Shown: in pieces, positions 1 to 8,309 of the stretch
Numbering within the stretch: the first letter of the stretch is position 1
Layout of the letters: every line of letters begins with the position of its first letter
DNA from: Deltaproteobacteria bacterium
Lineage (GTDB): Bacteria; Myxococcota_A; UBA9160; SMWR01
Assembly: GCA_032128115.1 (NCBI GenBank)
Contig: JAQBHB010000064.1
Coordinates: 1 to 23,384 of the forward strand
Direction of reading: 5' to 3'
DNA: 23,384 bases
The notes under the pieces: model-generated
The model's database searches: none
Seen by the model: only the letters and a program-made list of their open reading frames with translations
What the model was told of the DNA's origin: nothing
Program-made: the position numbers and the translations under genes

Positions 1-666
1 GATTGTCTATACCGCGTGCAGGCCGCGGTCGAGCCCGTACGCGTTACGGTGGGCCCGATCGACGGCCTCTCGGAGTCTGGTTCCCAGCGCCAGCAGCGCC
101 GCCAGCGCCGCCAGAAACGCTCGGTGCCGGTGCTCTCGATCGTGGGCTACACGAATGCCGGGAAGAGCACCCTGCTGAGGGCTCTCACCCACACCGACGT
201 CCACGTGGCCGACCAGATGTTCGCGACCCTGGACCCCACGTCGCGGCGCCTGCGCTTCCCGCGCGAACGGGAGGTGATCATCACCGACACGGTGGGCTTC
301 ATCCGCGACCTGCCGGCCGACCTGGTGACGGCCTTCCGGGCCACCCTCGAGGAACTGACCGACGCCGACCTGTTGCTCCACGTGGTGAACGCCGCGGCCC
401 CGGACCCGGAGCGGCGCATCGCCGCGGTCCGCGAGGTACTGAGCGGAATCGGCCTGGAAGACGCCAGGGAATTGCTGGTATTCAACCAGGTGGACCGTCT
501 GCCGAGAGGAGTGGGAGAGTCGATCGCGTCCCGGATGGGGGGCGTGGCCATATCGGCCCTGGAGGGAAAGGGCCTGGCCGAGCTTCTGACCCGCGCCGAG
601 CGCACACTCTGGGACGACGATCGGACGGACGCGGCCGAGCGGATCGCACAGGGGGGAAACGCATGA
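1..666 (+). CDS. hflX: GTPase HflX, C-terminal part (5' incomplete; first ~85 nt do not look like HflX)
   Basis: G1 VGYTNAGKST, G2 region DQMFATLDPTSR, G3 DTVGFIRDLP, AFRATLEE and G4-like FNQVD. The stop TGA 664-666 overlaps the fabH ATG (ATGA). Confidence 0.92.
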   Translation, partial: DCLYRVQAAVEPVRVTVGPIDGLSESGSQRQQRRQRRQKRSVPVLSIVGYTNAGKSTLLRALTHTDVHVADQMFATLDPTSRRLRFPREREVIITDTVGFIRDLPADLVTAFRATLEELTDADLLLHVVNAAAPDPERRIAAVREVLSGIGLEDARELLVFNQVDRLPRGVGESIASRMGGVAISALEGKGLAELLTRAERTLWDDDRTDAAERIAQGGNA

Positions 667-1664
667 CGCGCGCGAAGATCACCGGAACCGGCATGTATGT
701 GCCTGAGCGGGTCGTCACCAACGACGACCTGTCGACGCTGATGGACACGAACGACGAGTGGATCCGCCAGCGCACCGGGATCGAACAGCGGCGTTGGGTT
801 GCGCCGGGAACCCGGCCGTCCGAGCTGGGCGAGAAGGCCAGCCGGCGCGCCCTCGAGGCCGCGGGCCTCGAGCCCGGCGACGTGGACTGCATCGTGCTGG
901 CGACCCTGTCGGCCGAGGCCGACTTCCCTGGCACATCCTACTTCCTGCAGGAGCGGCTGGGCGTGGGCGAGGTGCCGTGCTTCGACCTGCGCGCCCAGTG
1001 CAGCGGCTTCGTCTACTCCCTGGCCGTGGCCAATGGCTTCGTCTGTTCGGGCATGTTCCGTCGGGTGCTTGTCGTTGGCTGCGAGATCCACTCGACGGGC
1101 ATAGACAAGACCACCGAGGGTCGCGACGTGGCCGTGATCTTCGGAGACGGCGCCGGCGCCGTGGTGATCGAAGCCAACGACGACGAGTCCGATCCGGCCG
1201 GCATCCTGGAGGTGCGCCTCCACGCCGAGGGCAAGCACGCCGATCGCCTCTGGATCGAAGCGCCCACCTCGGCGGTCGATGGACGCATCACCCAGGAGAT
1301 GTTCGATCGGCGCGCCCAGTTCCCGAAGATGCAGGGCCGCTTCGTGTTCAAGCACGCGGTGACCCGCATGCCCGAGGTGCTGCTCGAAACCCTGAACGCA
1401 GCGAGCCTGAAACTCCAGGACGTGGACTGGTTCCTGTTTCACCAGGCCAATCTGCGGATCAACGAGTACGTGTCCCAGGCTCTCGAGATTCCGGCGGAGA
1501 AGTGCTTCAACAACATCCAGCGCTACGGCAACTGTTCCGCCGCCTCGATTCCCATGCTGCTCGACGAGGTGGTGCGCGACGGCCGCCTGAAGCCCGGCCA
1601 GCTGGTATCGATGACGAGCTTCGGCTCCGGCTTCTCGTGGACCAGCGCCGTGCTCCGCTGGTGA
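663..1664 (+). CDS. fabH: beta-ketoacyl-ACP synthase III (FabH family)
   Basis: MTRAKITGTGMYVPERVVTNDDL, WIRQRTGI, catalytic triad AQCSGF / FHQANLRI / YGNCSAAS, FGDGAGA and FGSGFSW. ATG 663 is coupled to the hflX stop, with GGGGGG upstream. Confidence 0.95.
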   Translation: MTRAKITGTGMYVPERVVTNDDLSTLMDTNDEWIRQRTGIEQRRWVAPGTRPSELGEKASRRALEAAGLEPGDVDCIVLATLSAEADFPGTSYFLQERLGVGEVPCFDLRAQCSGFVYSLAVANGFVCSGMFRRVLVVGCEIHSTGIDKTTEGRDVAVIFGDGAGAVVIEANDDESDPAGILEVRLHAEGKHADRLWIEAPTSAVDGRITQEMFDRRAQFPKMQGRFVFKHAVTRMPEVLLETLNAASLKLQDVDWFLFHQANLRINEYVSQALEIPAEKCFNNIQRYGNCSAASIPMLLDEVVRDGRLKPGQLVSMTSFGSGFSWTSAVLRW

Positions 1665-1770
1665 CCCCGATGCCGCACTGCGTCGATCGCCCCGATACGC
1701 AGATTTATCACGTAAGATGCTGTCATAAAAAGACTATATGAGACGTGAAAAAAAATCGGCGTCGAGCTTC

Positions 1771-1798
1771 TTGACGCACTGACGCACTGTGTTACCGT
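1771..1798 (+). promoter_or_regulatory. putative sigma70 promoter of the phasin-like gene
   Basis: TTGACG (1771-1776), 16 nt, then TACCGT (1793-1798) preceded by TGn. An AT-rich tract lies upstream. Confidence 0.5.
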
Positions 1799-1891
1799 GC
1801 CTGTGTTCCGCTCGGACCCGGGGGGGTCCCATGAAGCATCGAACCCAGGCCGGGACGAATACAATCAAGCGAGTCAAGCGAGGAGTGGCAG

Positions 1892-2299
1892 ATGCCCGAA
1901 CAAGCGAGTTTCGTGCAGGAGCGGGTTGATCGGTTCAACGCCGCGTTCGAATCCGTCAGCGACGAGGTGCAGCGCGTACAGAAGCAGCTGCAGACGCGCC
2001 GCAAGGCTTTTGAGCGCCAGCTCTCGGCCCGGCGCAAGAAGCTCGAGAAGAGCACGCGCAAACAGGTGAGCAAGATCGAGACCGAACTCAAGAAGAGCGA
2101 CCTGGGCAAGCGAGCGAGCAGTCTGCGGTCCGACGCGGAGAAGCAGATCGAGCGCGGAATCGAGAGCGTCCTGGGCGTTCTACAGATCGCCAGCAAGGGC
2201 GACGTCCAGAAGCTCGACCGCAAGATCGGGCAGATCTCCCGCAAGCTCAAGGACATGGAGCGCGGGAAAAAGGCCAACGGCGACGCCGCACACATCTGA
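1892..2299 (+). CDS. phasin-like (PhaF/PhaI-type granule-associated) coiled-coil protein
   Basis: 135 aa, helical and K/E/R-rich. The C-terminal ESVLGVLQIASKGDVQKLDRKIGQISRKL resembles the PhaI/PhaF 'L..L.ipSr.dv..L..ki..L' pattern. RBS GAGGAG upstream. Confidence 0.65.
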   Translation: MPEQASFVQERVDRFNAAFESVSDEVQRVQKQLQTRRKAFERQLSARRKKLEKSTRKQVSKIETELKKSDLGKRASSLRSDAEKQIERGIESVLGVLQIASKGDVQKLDRKIGQISRKLKDMERGKKANGDAAHI

Positions 2300-2329
2300 T
2301 CAGCCCTTTCGCAATATCGATCGACCGAT

Positions 2330-2365
2330 GGACCCGGTGGCCCGCGCCACCGGGTCCTCTGCTTC
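2330..2365 (+). terminator. putative intrinsic terminator after the phasin-like gene
   Basis: Perfect 12-bp stem GGACCCGGTGGC / GCCACCGGGTCC with a 4-nt loop, followed by a weak pyrimidine tail TCTGCTTC. Confidence 0.65.
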
Positions 2366-2412
2366 CTGCAGCCCGCGGTTCCCAAGGCTAGGCTGGCGCC
2401 CGGAGGCTCCCC

Positions 2413-3579
2413 ATGGCGGATTTCACCGGTACCGACTTCCTCCGGCTCGATGAGCTGCTGAGCGACGAAGAACGCCTGGCCCGCGACACGGTGCGCGAGT
2501 TCGTGTCCAAGGAATTCCTGCCCCTAATCCAGGAACACGTGCGCCAGGATGGTTCGTTTCCCATGCAACTGGTGCCCCAGCTGGCGGAACTGGGACTCTT
2601 CGGCGCAAACCTGCAGGGCTATGGCTGCGCCGGCATGAACAACGTGGCCTATGGACTCGTGATGCAGGAGCTGGAGCGCGGCGACTCGGGGCTGCGCTCC
2701 TTCGCCTCGGTACAGGGCTCGCTCGTGATGTACCCGATCCACGCCTACGGGTCCGAATCCCAGAAGCAGCAGTGGCTTCCCGCCATGGCGGCTGGCGACG
2801 CCATCGGTTGCTTCGGACTCACCGAGCCCGACTTCGGCAGCCATGCCGGCGGGCTCGTCACCAGGGCCGAGCCCCGGGGCTCGTCCTGGCTGCTCAACGG
2901 AACCAAGCGCTGGATCACCAACGGCTCCGTCGCCGACGTAGCCGTGGTGTGGGCCCGCACCCCGGACGGCATCCGGGGCTTCCTGGTGGAGTCCGACCGC
3001 GCAGGCTTCGAGGCCCGCGACATGAAGGGCAAGTTTTCGCTGCGTGGATCCATCACCTCCGAGCTCTTCCTGCAGGACGTAGAGGTTCCCGACGACAACC
3101 GACTGCCGGGCGCCGAGGGCCTCCGGGGACCGCTCGGCTGCCTCACCCAGGCGCGCTACGGAATCGCATGGGGCGCCATCGGTGCGGCCATGGCGTGCTA
3201 CGAGGAAGCGGTCGGGTATGTGGGCGAGCGCGTGGTACAGGGCGGCGTCCTGGCGGGCAAGCAGCTCACCCAGGACAAGCTCGTCTTCATGCTCACCGAG
3301 ATCACCAAGGCCCAGCTGCTGGCCCTGCGTGTGGCGCAGCTCAAGGACGCCGGCCAGCTCCACCACACCATGGTGTCCATGGCCAAGCGCAACAACGTGG
3401 ACGTCGCCCTCCAGATCGCGCGCCTCGCCCGCGACCTGCTTGGCGCCAACGGCATCGTCGACGACTACCAGTCCATGCGGCACATGGTGAACCTGGAGAC
3501 GGTGAGGACCTACGAGGGAACCCACGACGTGCACACCCTCGTGCTGGGTGAACACATCACCGGGGTGCGTGCGATCTGA
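2413..3579 (+). CDS. acyl-CoA dehydrogenase, glutaryl-CoA dehydrogenase-like
   Basis: ELERGDSGLRSFASVQGSLVMYPIH, GCFGLTEPDFGS, LNGTKRWITNG, SMAKRNN, LLGANGI and TYEGTHDVH (catalytic Glu). RBS GGAGG. Confidence 0.9.
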   Translation: MADFTGTDFLRLDELLSDEERLARDTVREFVSKEFLPLIQEHVRQDGSFPMQLVPQLAELGLFGANLQGYGCAGMNNVAYGLVMQELERGDSGLRSFASVQGSLVMYPIHAYGSESQKQQWLPAMAAGDAIGCFGLTEPDFGSHAGGLVTRAEPRGSSWLLNGTKRWITNGSVADVAVVWARTPDGIRGFLVESDRAGFEARDMKGKFSLRGSITSELFLQDVEVPDDNRLPGAEGLRGPLGCLTQARYGIAWGAIGAAMACYEEAVGYVGERVVQGGVLAGKQLTQDKLVFMLTEITKAQLLALRVAQLKDAGQLHHTMVSMAKRNNVDVALQIARLARDLLGANGIVDDYQSMRHMVNLETVRTYEGTHDVHTLVLGEHITGVRAI

Positions 3580-4387
3580 TCCTCGCCACGGCGGCGCTCA
3601 CGTCGCCGTCGCAGGCGCCCAGGGTTTCGAGCGCCCGCCTCTCATCCGTGGGCCCCAGGGCCATCACGATGCGCACGGCCCGCTGCTGCAGCTTGCGCGA
3701 GCCTGGGTTCAGGTGCGACATGAGATTTCCCTCCGTGTAGCCCAGGCGGACCATCACGGTGGTGGAGAGCAGGTGCAGCAGCATCTTCTGGGCCAACCCC
3801 CCCTTGAGACGGGTGGAGCCGGCGATCACCTCGGGCCCCACGTGGGGCACCATGGCGATCTCCGCCGCCTCAGCCAGAGCCGAGTGCGGATTGCAGGTGA
3901 TGCAGAGCTTGCGAGCGCGGGCGGCGTGGGCCGCCGCGAGCGCACCCAGTGCGAATGGCGTGTGACCGCTGGCCGAGATGGCCAGGACCGCGTCGCCGGC
4001 GCACAGGCCGCGCCGACGCAGCTCCTCGCCGGCGGCATTCGCGTCGTCTTCCGCGCCCTCGACGGCGCGCATCATGGCGCGCTCGCCCCCTGCCACCACG
4101 GCCTGCACCCGGTCGGGTCGCAGCCCGAAGGTGGGCGGGATCTCGGCGGCATCCAGCGCGCCCATGCGCCCGCTGGTGCCGGCGCCCACATTGAACCAGC
4201 GACCGCCTCCCCCCAGGGTGGTCACCAGGACGCCCACCGCCCGCTCCACATCCGGGAGCACGCGCCCCACGGCCGCAACCGCCAGGCGGTCCTGGGCGTG
4301 GATCGCCTGGAGGATCCTGGAGATGCTCCACTGGTCGAGATCCCGCGTCTCCTCGAGAATCTCCTCGGTGGGTCCGTTGTCTGCCAT
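3557..4387 (-). CDS. murQ: N-acetylmuramic acid 6-phosphate etherase
   Basis: GAGTSGRMGALDAAEIPPTFG, AVEGAED, ISASGHTP, GPEVIAGSTRLKGG..QKM.L and N..KLQQRA. Start chosen at MADNGPTE (4387); 4420 is an alternative. Confidence 0.93.
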   Translation of the reverse strand: MADNGPTEEILEETRDLDQWSISRILQAIHAQDRLAVAAVGRVLPDVERAVGVLVTTLGGGGRWFNVGAGTSGRMGALDAAEIPPTFGLRPDRVQAVVAGGERAMMRAVEGAEDDANAAGEELRRRGLCAGDAVLAISASGHTPFALGALAAAHAARARKLCITCNPHSALAEAAEIAMVPHVGPEVIAGSTRLKGGLAQKMLLHLLSTTVMVRLGYTEGNLMSHLNPGSRKLQQRAVRIVMALGPTDERRALETLGACDGDVSAAVARIRSHAPR

Positions 4388-4440
4388 CCGATCCCGTTTC
4401 GGCGGCCGGACGGGCAGCATGAACCGCGTAGAATCGGCCC

Positions 4441-6870
4441 ATGAGCTTCCGCGTATCGCAAAAGACGCTCCAACGTCTCGAATGGGAAGAGATTCTCGGG
4501 CGTCTTGCGGGCCTGGCACGAACGCCGCGGGGACGGGCTCGATTCGCCACCGGGGGTGAAACCATCGATGCGAGCCTGTTCGAGGCCTCGCAGACGGGTG
4601 TGTGGGAACGACTGGCCGAGACCGGCGAGGCGCGCGCGATCCTCCACCAAGGCGACGGTCCCCCGATCTCGGGCGTGCCCGACGTGGATGTTTCCCTGAA
4701 GCGTGCCCACAAGGGTGGCGTGCTCTCGGCCCGGGAGCTCCTGGACGTTGGCACCACGCTGGTGGCCCTGCGCAACCTCGCGCGCTTCCTCGAACTGCGA
4801 CACGACTTGGCCCCGCGCCTGGCGGAGGTGGCCCGGGCGATCGACACGCCCCGGGACCTGGAGTCGGACATCGAGCGCTGCATCGATCCCTCGGGAGAGC
4901 TGCGGGACGCGGCGTCTCCCGCCCTGGCTGCTGCTCGGCGCGAGAGCCGGCGTATGGCCTCGGAGATCCAGCAGCGCGTGGAGCGCAGCCTCCGCGATCC
5001 CCGGATCGAGCCCCACCTGTCGGATCACTACTACACGGTGCGAAACGATCGCTATGTGCTGCCCGTGCGCGCGGACTCGCGGAGCAGCGTGCGGGGCATC
5101 GTTCACGACGCCTCGGGTTCGGGGACGACGCTCTTCGTCGAGCCGGAAGAGCTGGTGGATCTCAACAACCGGCACAAGCGCGCCGAACTCGAAATCGAGC
5201 GCGAGACCCTGCGCGTGCTGCGCGATCTCTCGGCCGGCACGGCCCGGGCCGGCGACGCCCTGGAAACGGGGCTCGGCGCCCTGGGGCGGATCGACGTGGC
5301 GTTCTCCCGCGCCGAACTCGCGGAAGAGATGGGGGCGTCGGCCCCGGAGGTGGGCAACGAGGGCGTGCTGCGGCTTCCCCAGCTGCGCCATCCGCTGATC
5401 CCGCGGGAGCGGGCCGTGGCCAACGACGTGCGCCTCGGCGAGAGCTTCCGGGTGCTGGTGATCTCGGGCCCCAACGCAGGCGGCAAGACCGTGACCCTGA
5501 AGGCGGTGGCCCTGGCCGCGCTGTTCGTGCGCGCGGGCCTGCACGTGGTGGCCGGCGCGGGCGCGCGAGTGGATCTGTTCGACTCCGTGCACGCCGACAT
5601 CGGCGACGAGCAGGACATTCGCGAGAACCTCTCGACCTTCTCCGCCCACATGGCGAACCTGGCGACGACCCTGCGCGAGGCGGGAAACGGGTCGCTGGTG
5701 GCGCTGGATGAGGTCGGGGTGGGAACCGACCCGGGCGAGGGTGCGGTGCTGGCCCAGGCGGCTCTCGAAGCACTGGCCGACGCGGGCGCCCGCGTCGTGA
5801 CCACCACCCATTACAACCTGTTGAAGGAGATGGCGGCGGTCGATCCGCGCTTCGCCAACGCCAGCGTCGAGTTCGATCCCGAGACCGGAATGCCCACCTA
5901 CCGGATCCGCATGGGTTTTGCCGGGGCGTCGTCGGCCACGACCGTGGCGGCGCGCATGGGAGTGCCCGGGCGCGTGATCGACCGCGCCAATGAACTGCTG
6001 GCGCGCGAAGACCGCACCCTGGATCGAACCCTCACCGAGCTGGCCACGGCGCGCGCGGCACTCGACCGAGAACAGCGCGAGGCCTCGAAGCTGCGCCTGG
6101 AGACCGAGGCGGCGCGCGACGAGTACCGCACGAAGCTCGAGGCCCTGCGCGACCGGCGCGATGCCCTGTATCGGACCATGCGATCGGATCTCGACTCCGC
6201 GTTTCGCGACGCCCACACGCAGATCGGGGCGGTGATCGCAGAGCTGCAGCGCAAGGGCTCGGCCCAGGAGGCGGCGCGAGCGCGCGAGAAGCTCGAGACC
6301 CTTGCCGAAGAAGCCCAGCGGGTGGAAGAGGAGGCCGGGCTGACGCCCGCGCCCGAGGAGCCCAGCGACCCGATCGACTGGCGATCTGCAAAGCCCGGCG
6401 ATCCGGTGCGAGTGCGCAACGCCGGCCCCGGCCTGCTGATCGCCCTGCCCGACTCGCGCGGCCGCTGCGAGGTGCAGGTGGGCAGCGCGCGCGTGGTGGT
6501 GTCGGCCGACCGCATCGAACGCGCCGAGCCACCCGCTCCGCCTCCGGTGGCGACGTCGACCCGCGTTCGGGTGGACACCGAGGCATCACGCCAGCTCGAA
6601 GCCGGCGAGTCCGGCGAGTGGGGCAGCGACACCGGCCGCTGTGACCTGCGCGGCCTGCGCGTGGACGAGGCCCTCGACCGCCTGGTCTACGCCCTGGACC
6701 GGGCGGCCTCGGCCGGCCGGGGACGCCTCGCCATCGTGCACGGACTGGGAACGGGAGCTCTTCGCGACGCAGTTCGCCGGCATCTTTCCCAGTCGCCCTA
6801 CGTGACGCGATTCCAGCAGGCGAACCCCGATGAGGGCGGCGCCGGCGTGACGACCGCCGAACTCGAATAG
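4441..6870 (+). CDS. mutS2: endonuclease MutS2 (MutS ATPase + coiled coil + KOW + Smr)
   Basis: LQRLEW N-terminus, GIVHDASGSGTTLFVEP, Walker A GPNAGGKT, LSTFSAHM, LDEVGVGTDP, TTHY and Smr domain DLRG...IVHGLGTG...GGAGVT. Confidence 0.96.
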   Translation: MSFRVSQKTLQRLEWEEILGRLAGLARTPRGRARFATGGETIDASLFEASQTGVWERLAETGEARAILHQGDGPPISGVPDVDVSLKRAHKGGVLSARELLDVGTTLVALRNLARFLELRHDLAPRLAEVARAIDTPRDLESDIERCIDPSGELRDAASPALAAARRESRRMASEIQQRVERSLRDPRIEPHLSDHYYTVRNDRYVLPVRADSRSSVRGIVHDASGSGTTLFVEPEELVDLNNRHKRAELEIERETLRVLRDLSAGTARAGDALETGLGALGRIDVAFSRAELAEEMGASAPEVGNEGVLRLPQLRHPLIPRERAVANDVRLGESFRVLVISGPNAGGKTVTLKAVALAALFVRAGLHVVAGAGARVDLFDSVHADIGDEQDIRENLSTFSAHMANLATTLREAGNGSLVALDEVGVGTDPGEGAVLAQAALEALADAGARVVTTTHYNLLKEMAAVDPRFANASVEFDPETGMPTYRIRMGFAGASSATTVAARMGVPGRVIDRANELLAREDRTLDRTLTELATARAALDREQREASKLRLETEAARDEYRTKLEALRDRRDALYRTMRSDLDSAFRDAHTQIGAVIAELQRKGSAQEAARAREKLETLAEEAQRVEEEAGLTPAPEEPSDPIDWRSAKPGDPVRVRNAGPGLLIALPDSRGRCEVQVGSARVVVSADRIERAEPPAPPPVATSTRVRVDTEASRQLEAGESGEWGSDTGRCDLRGLRVDEALDRLVYALDRAASAGRGRLAIVHGLGTGALRDAVRRHLSQSPYVTRFQQANPDEGGAGVTTAELE

Positions 6871-6974
6871 TGCGCCGATTGGCGCACAGCCGATGAAACC
6901 TTCCGAACCCTGGTAGGCCTCGGCCTCACGGGCCTCTCCTGGAGCGGCCGCCCCCGCCGCCGCGACTGATCCGC

Positions 6975-8309
6975 TCAAATCAGATCCTGCACCAGAGCCG
7001 CGACCGTCTGATGGGCTGAGGCGAGAGCGCCTTCCCAGGACGGGTCGACCAGGTAGTCGCCGGTGAAGTAGAGGCGGCGGCCGCGCTGGCGTTGGTCGGA
7101 CTGGATCTTCTGGAAGCGGGCGATGTCGCGGTAACGGCCCACGCCGAATTCGGGCTGGGCGCGTTCGAGTCGCAGCACGCGTTCGAAGACCATGGCCTTG
7201 GGAAGATCCGGACGGATGCGGATGTAGGTGTCGCGCAGGGCCTTGGCGATTGCCGCGTCGGGAGCAGCGGCGTTGGCGCGGCTAAAGGCCGCGGTGGCGC
7301 GCAGGGTGGCGAGGCCGTGGCCCTCGGGCACGCGACCCCCCGGAACGCCAGGTTCGAGGAGCGTGGTGGCCAGGGGCGAGTCGTCGGATGGCGCGTGGTG
7401 GATCTCCATGGGATGCGGCGAAAACGGGCGGCGCAGTCCGATCGCCAGCGAGATCGAAGGCGCGTAGCGAATCCGCGCCAGCCCGTCGCGCTCCGCACCG
7501 GACAACACCGCGGCTGTCATGCGCGCGGCTTCGTGGGCGTCGGTGGCCACCACGATGGCGTCGGCTTCGAAGGCGCGGTTGTCGTGCAGCAGCGCATGCA
7601 GTCCGCCGCCGGTGCTGGTTTCGATGCGGACCACCGGCGCATCAAACTGCACGCTGAGCCCCTCGGCAACGGTCTCGGCCAGCATCCCAAGCGTCGCTCG
7701 CGGAAGCCCCGTCTGCGCCCGGTGGTGGCGGCGCAGGCGTCGCAGGAACAGCGCGCGGCTCGTCTGGCGCGGCTCCGCCAGGGACTGGCGGGCGGCCTGG
7801 GGCGCCATCCAGCGGTCTACCACCGATTCCCCGAAATAGAGGCGGCCGAAATCGTAGACGCTGCGGTCGTCCAGATCGGCGGCGCGTTCCGGGGCGTCGA
7901 AGTCGAGGCGTGCGCCGTAGCGCCTGAGCAGGCGCGGCAATCGCATCAGCCGCAGGGCTTCGCGCCAGCGGATGCCCGGAATCCGGGCGATCTCCAGCAG
8001 CCCGCGCGGGTGAAGCGGACCCACCTGTTCCTGGTGCACCTGTGACACCACCACCGGTCGCAGCGGGAGCAGCTCGTCGCGCAACCCGGATTCCGAGATC
8101 CAGTCCAGCACTCCACGATCGGCGCTGGAGAGCAGCGGGCTCATGGCCTCCAGGGCGAATCCCTGCTGGGAGTGAGCCGCCGCCCGGCCTCCAGGGCGCG
8201 ACTCGCGCTCCAGGACCGCCACGTTGAAGCCGCGACGGGCCAGCCGGCTCGCCGTGAAAAGGCCTGCCAGACCGGCGCCGATCACCGCGACTCGGGGAGC
8301 ACGCTCCAT
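6975..8309 (-). CDS. FAD-dependent oxidoreductase (flavin amine oxidase / HemY-like superfamily)
   Basis: VAVIGAGLAG dinucleotide fold, LERESRPGGR motif and C-terminal LYFTGDYL...EGALAS. The ATG directly follows the TAG of the upstream gene. Confidence 0.8.
   Translation of the reverse strand: MERAPRVAVIGAGLAGLFTASRLARRGFNVAVLERESRPGGRAAAHSQQGFALEAMSPLLSSADRGVLDWISESGLRDELLPLRPVVVSQVHQEQVGPLHPRGLLEIARIPGIRWREALRLMRLPRLLRRYGARLDFDAPERAADLDDRSVYDFGRLYFGESVVDRWMAPQAARQSLAEPRQTSRALFLRRLRRHHRAQTGLPRATLGMLAETVAEGLSVQFDAPVVRIETSTGGGLHALLHDNRAFEADAIVVATDAHEAARMTAAVLSGAERDGLARIRYAPSISLAIGLRRPFSPHPMEIHHAPSDDSPLATTLLEPGVPGGRVPEGHGLATLRATAAFSRANAAAPDAAIAKALRDTYIRIRPDLPKAMVFERVLRLERAQPEFGVGRYRDIARFQKIQSDQRQRGRRLYFTGDYLVDPSWEGALASAHQTVAALVQDLI

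Noticed and set aside
85..114. CAGCGC repeats
   Set aside because: They encode the normal QR-rich helix of HflX.
3..662. Apparent long N-terminal extension of FabH in the ORF track
   Set aside because: It is an alternative frame of hflX; FabH homology and the ATGA coupling place the start at 663.
4514..4528. TGGCAC-N-GC (GG-N10-GC) inside mutS2
   Set aside because: Intragenic, lacks the TT of the -12 box, and is explained by coding sequence.
4222..6216. 664-aa minus-strand ORF
   Set aside because: Antisense shadow of mutS2.
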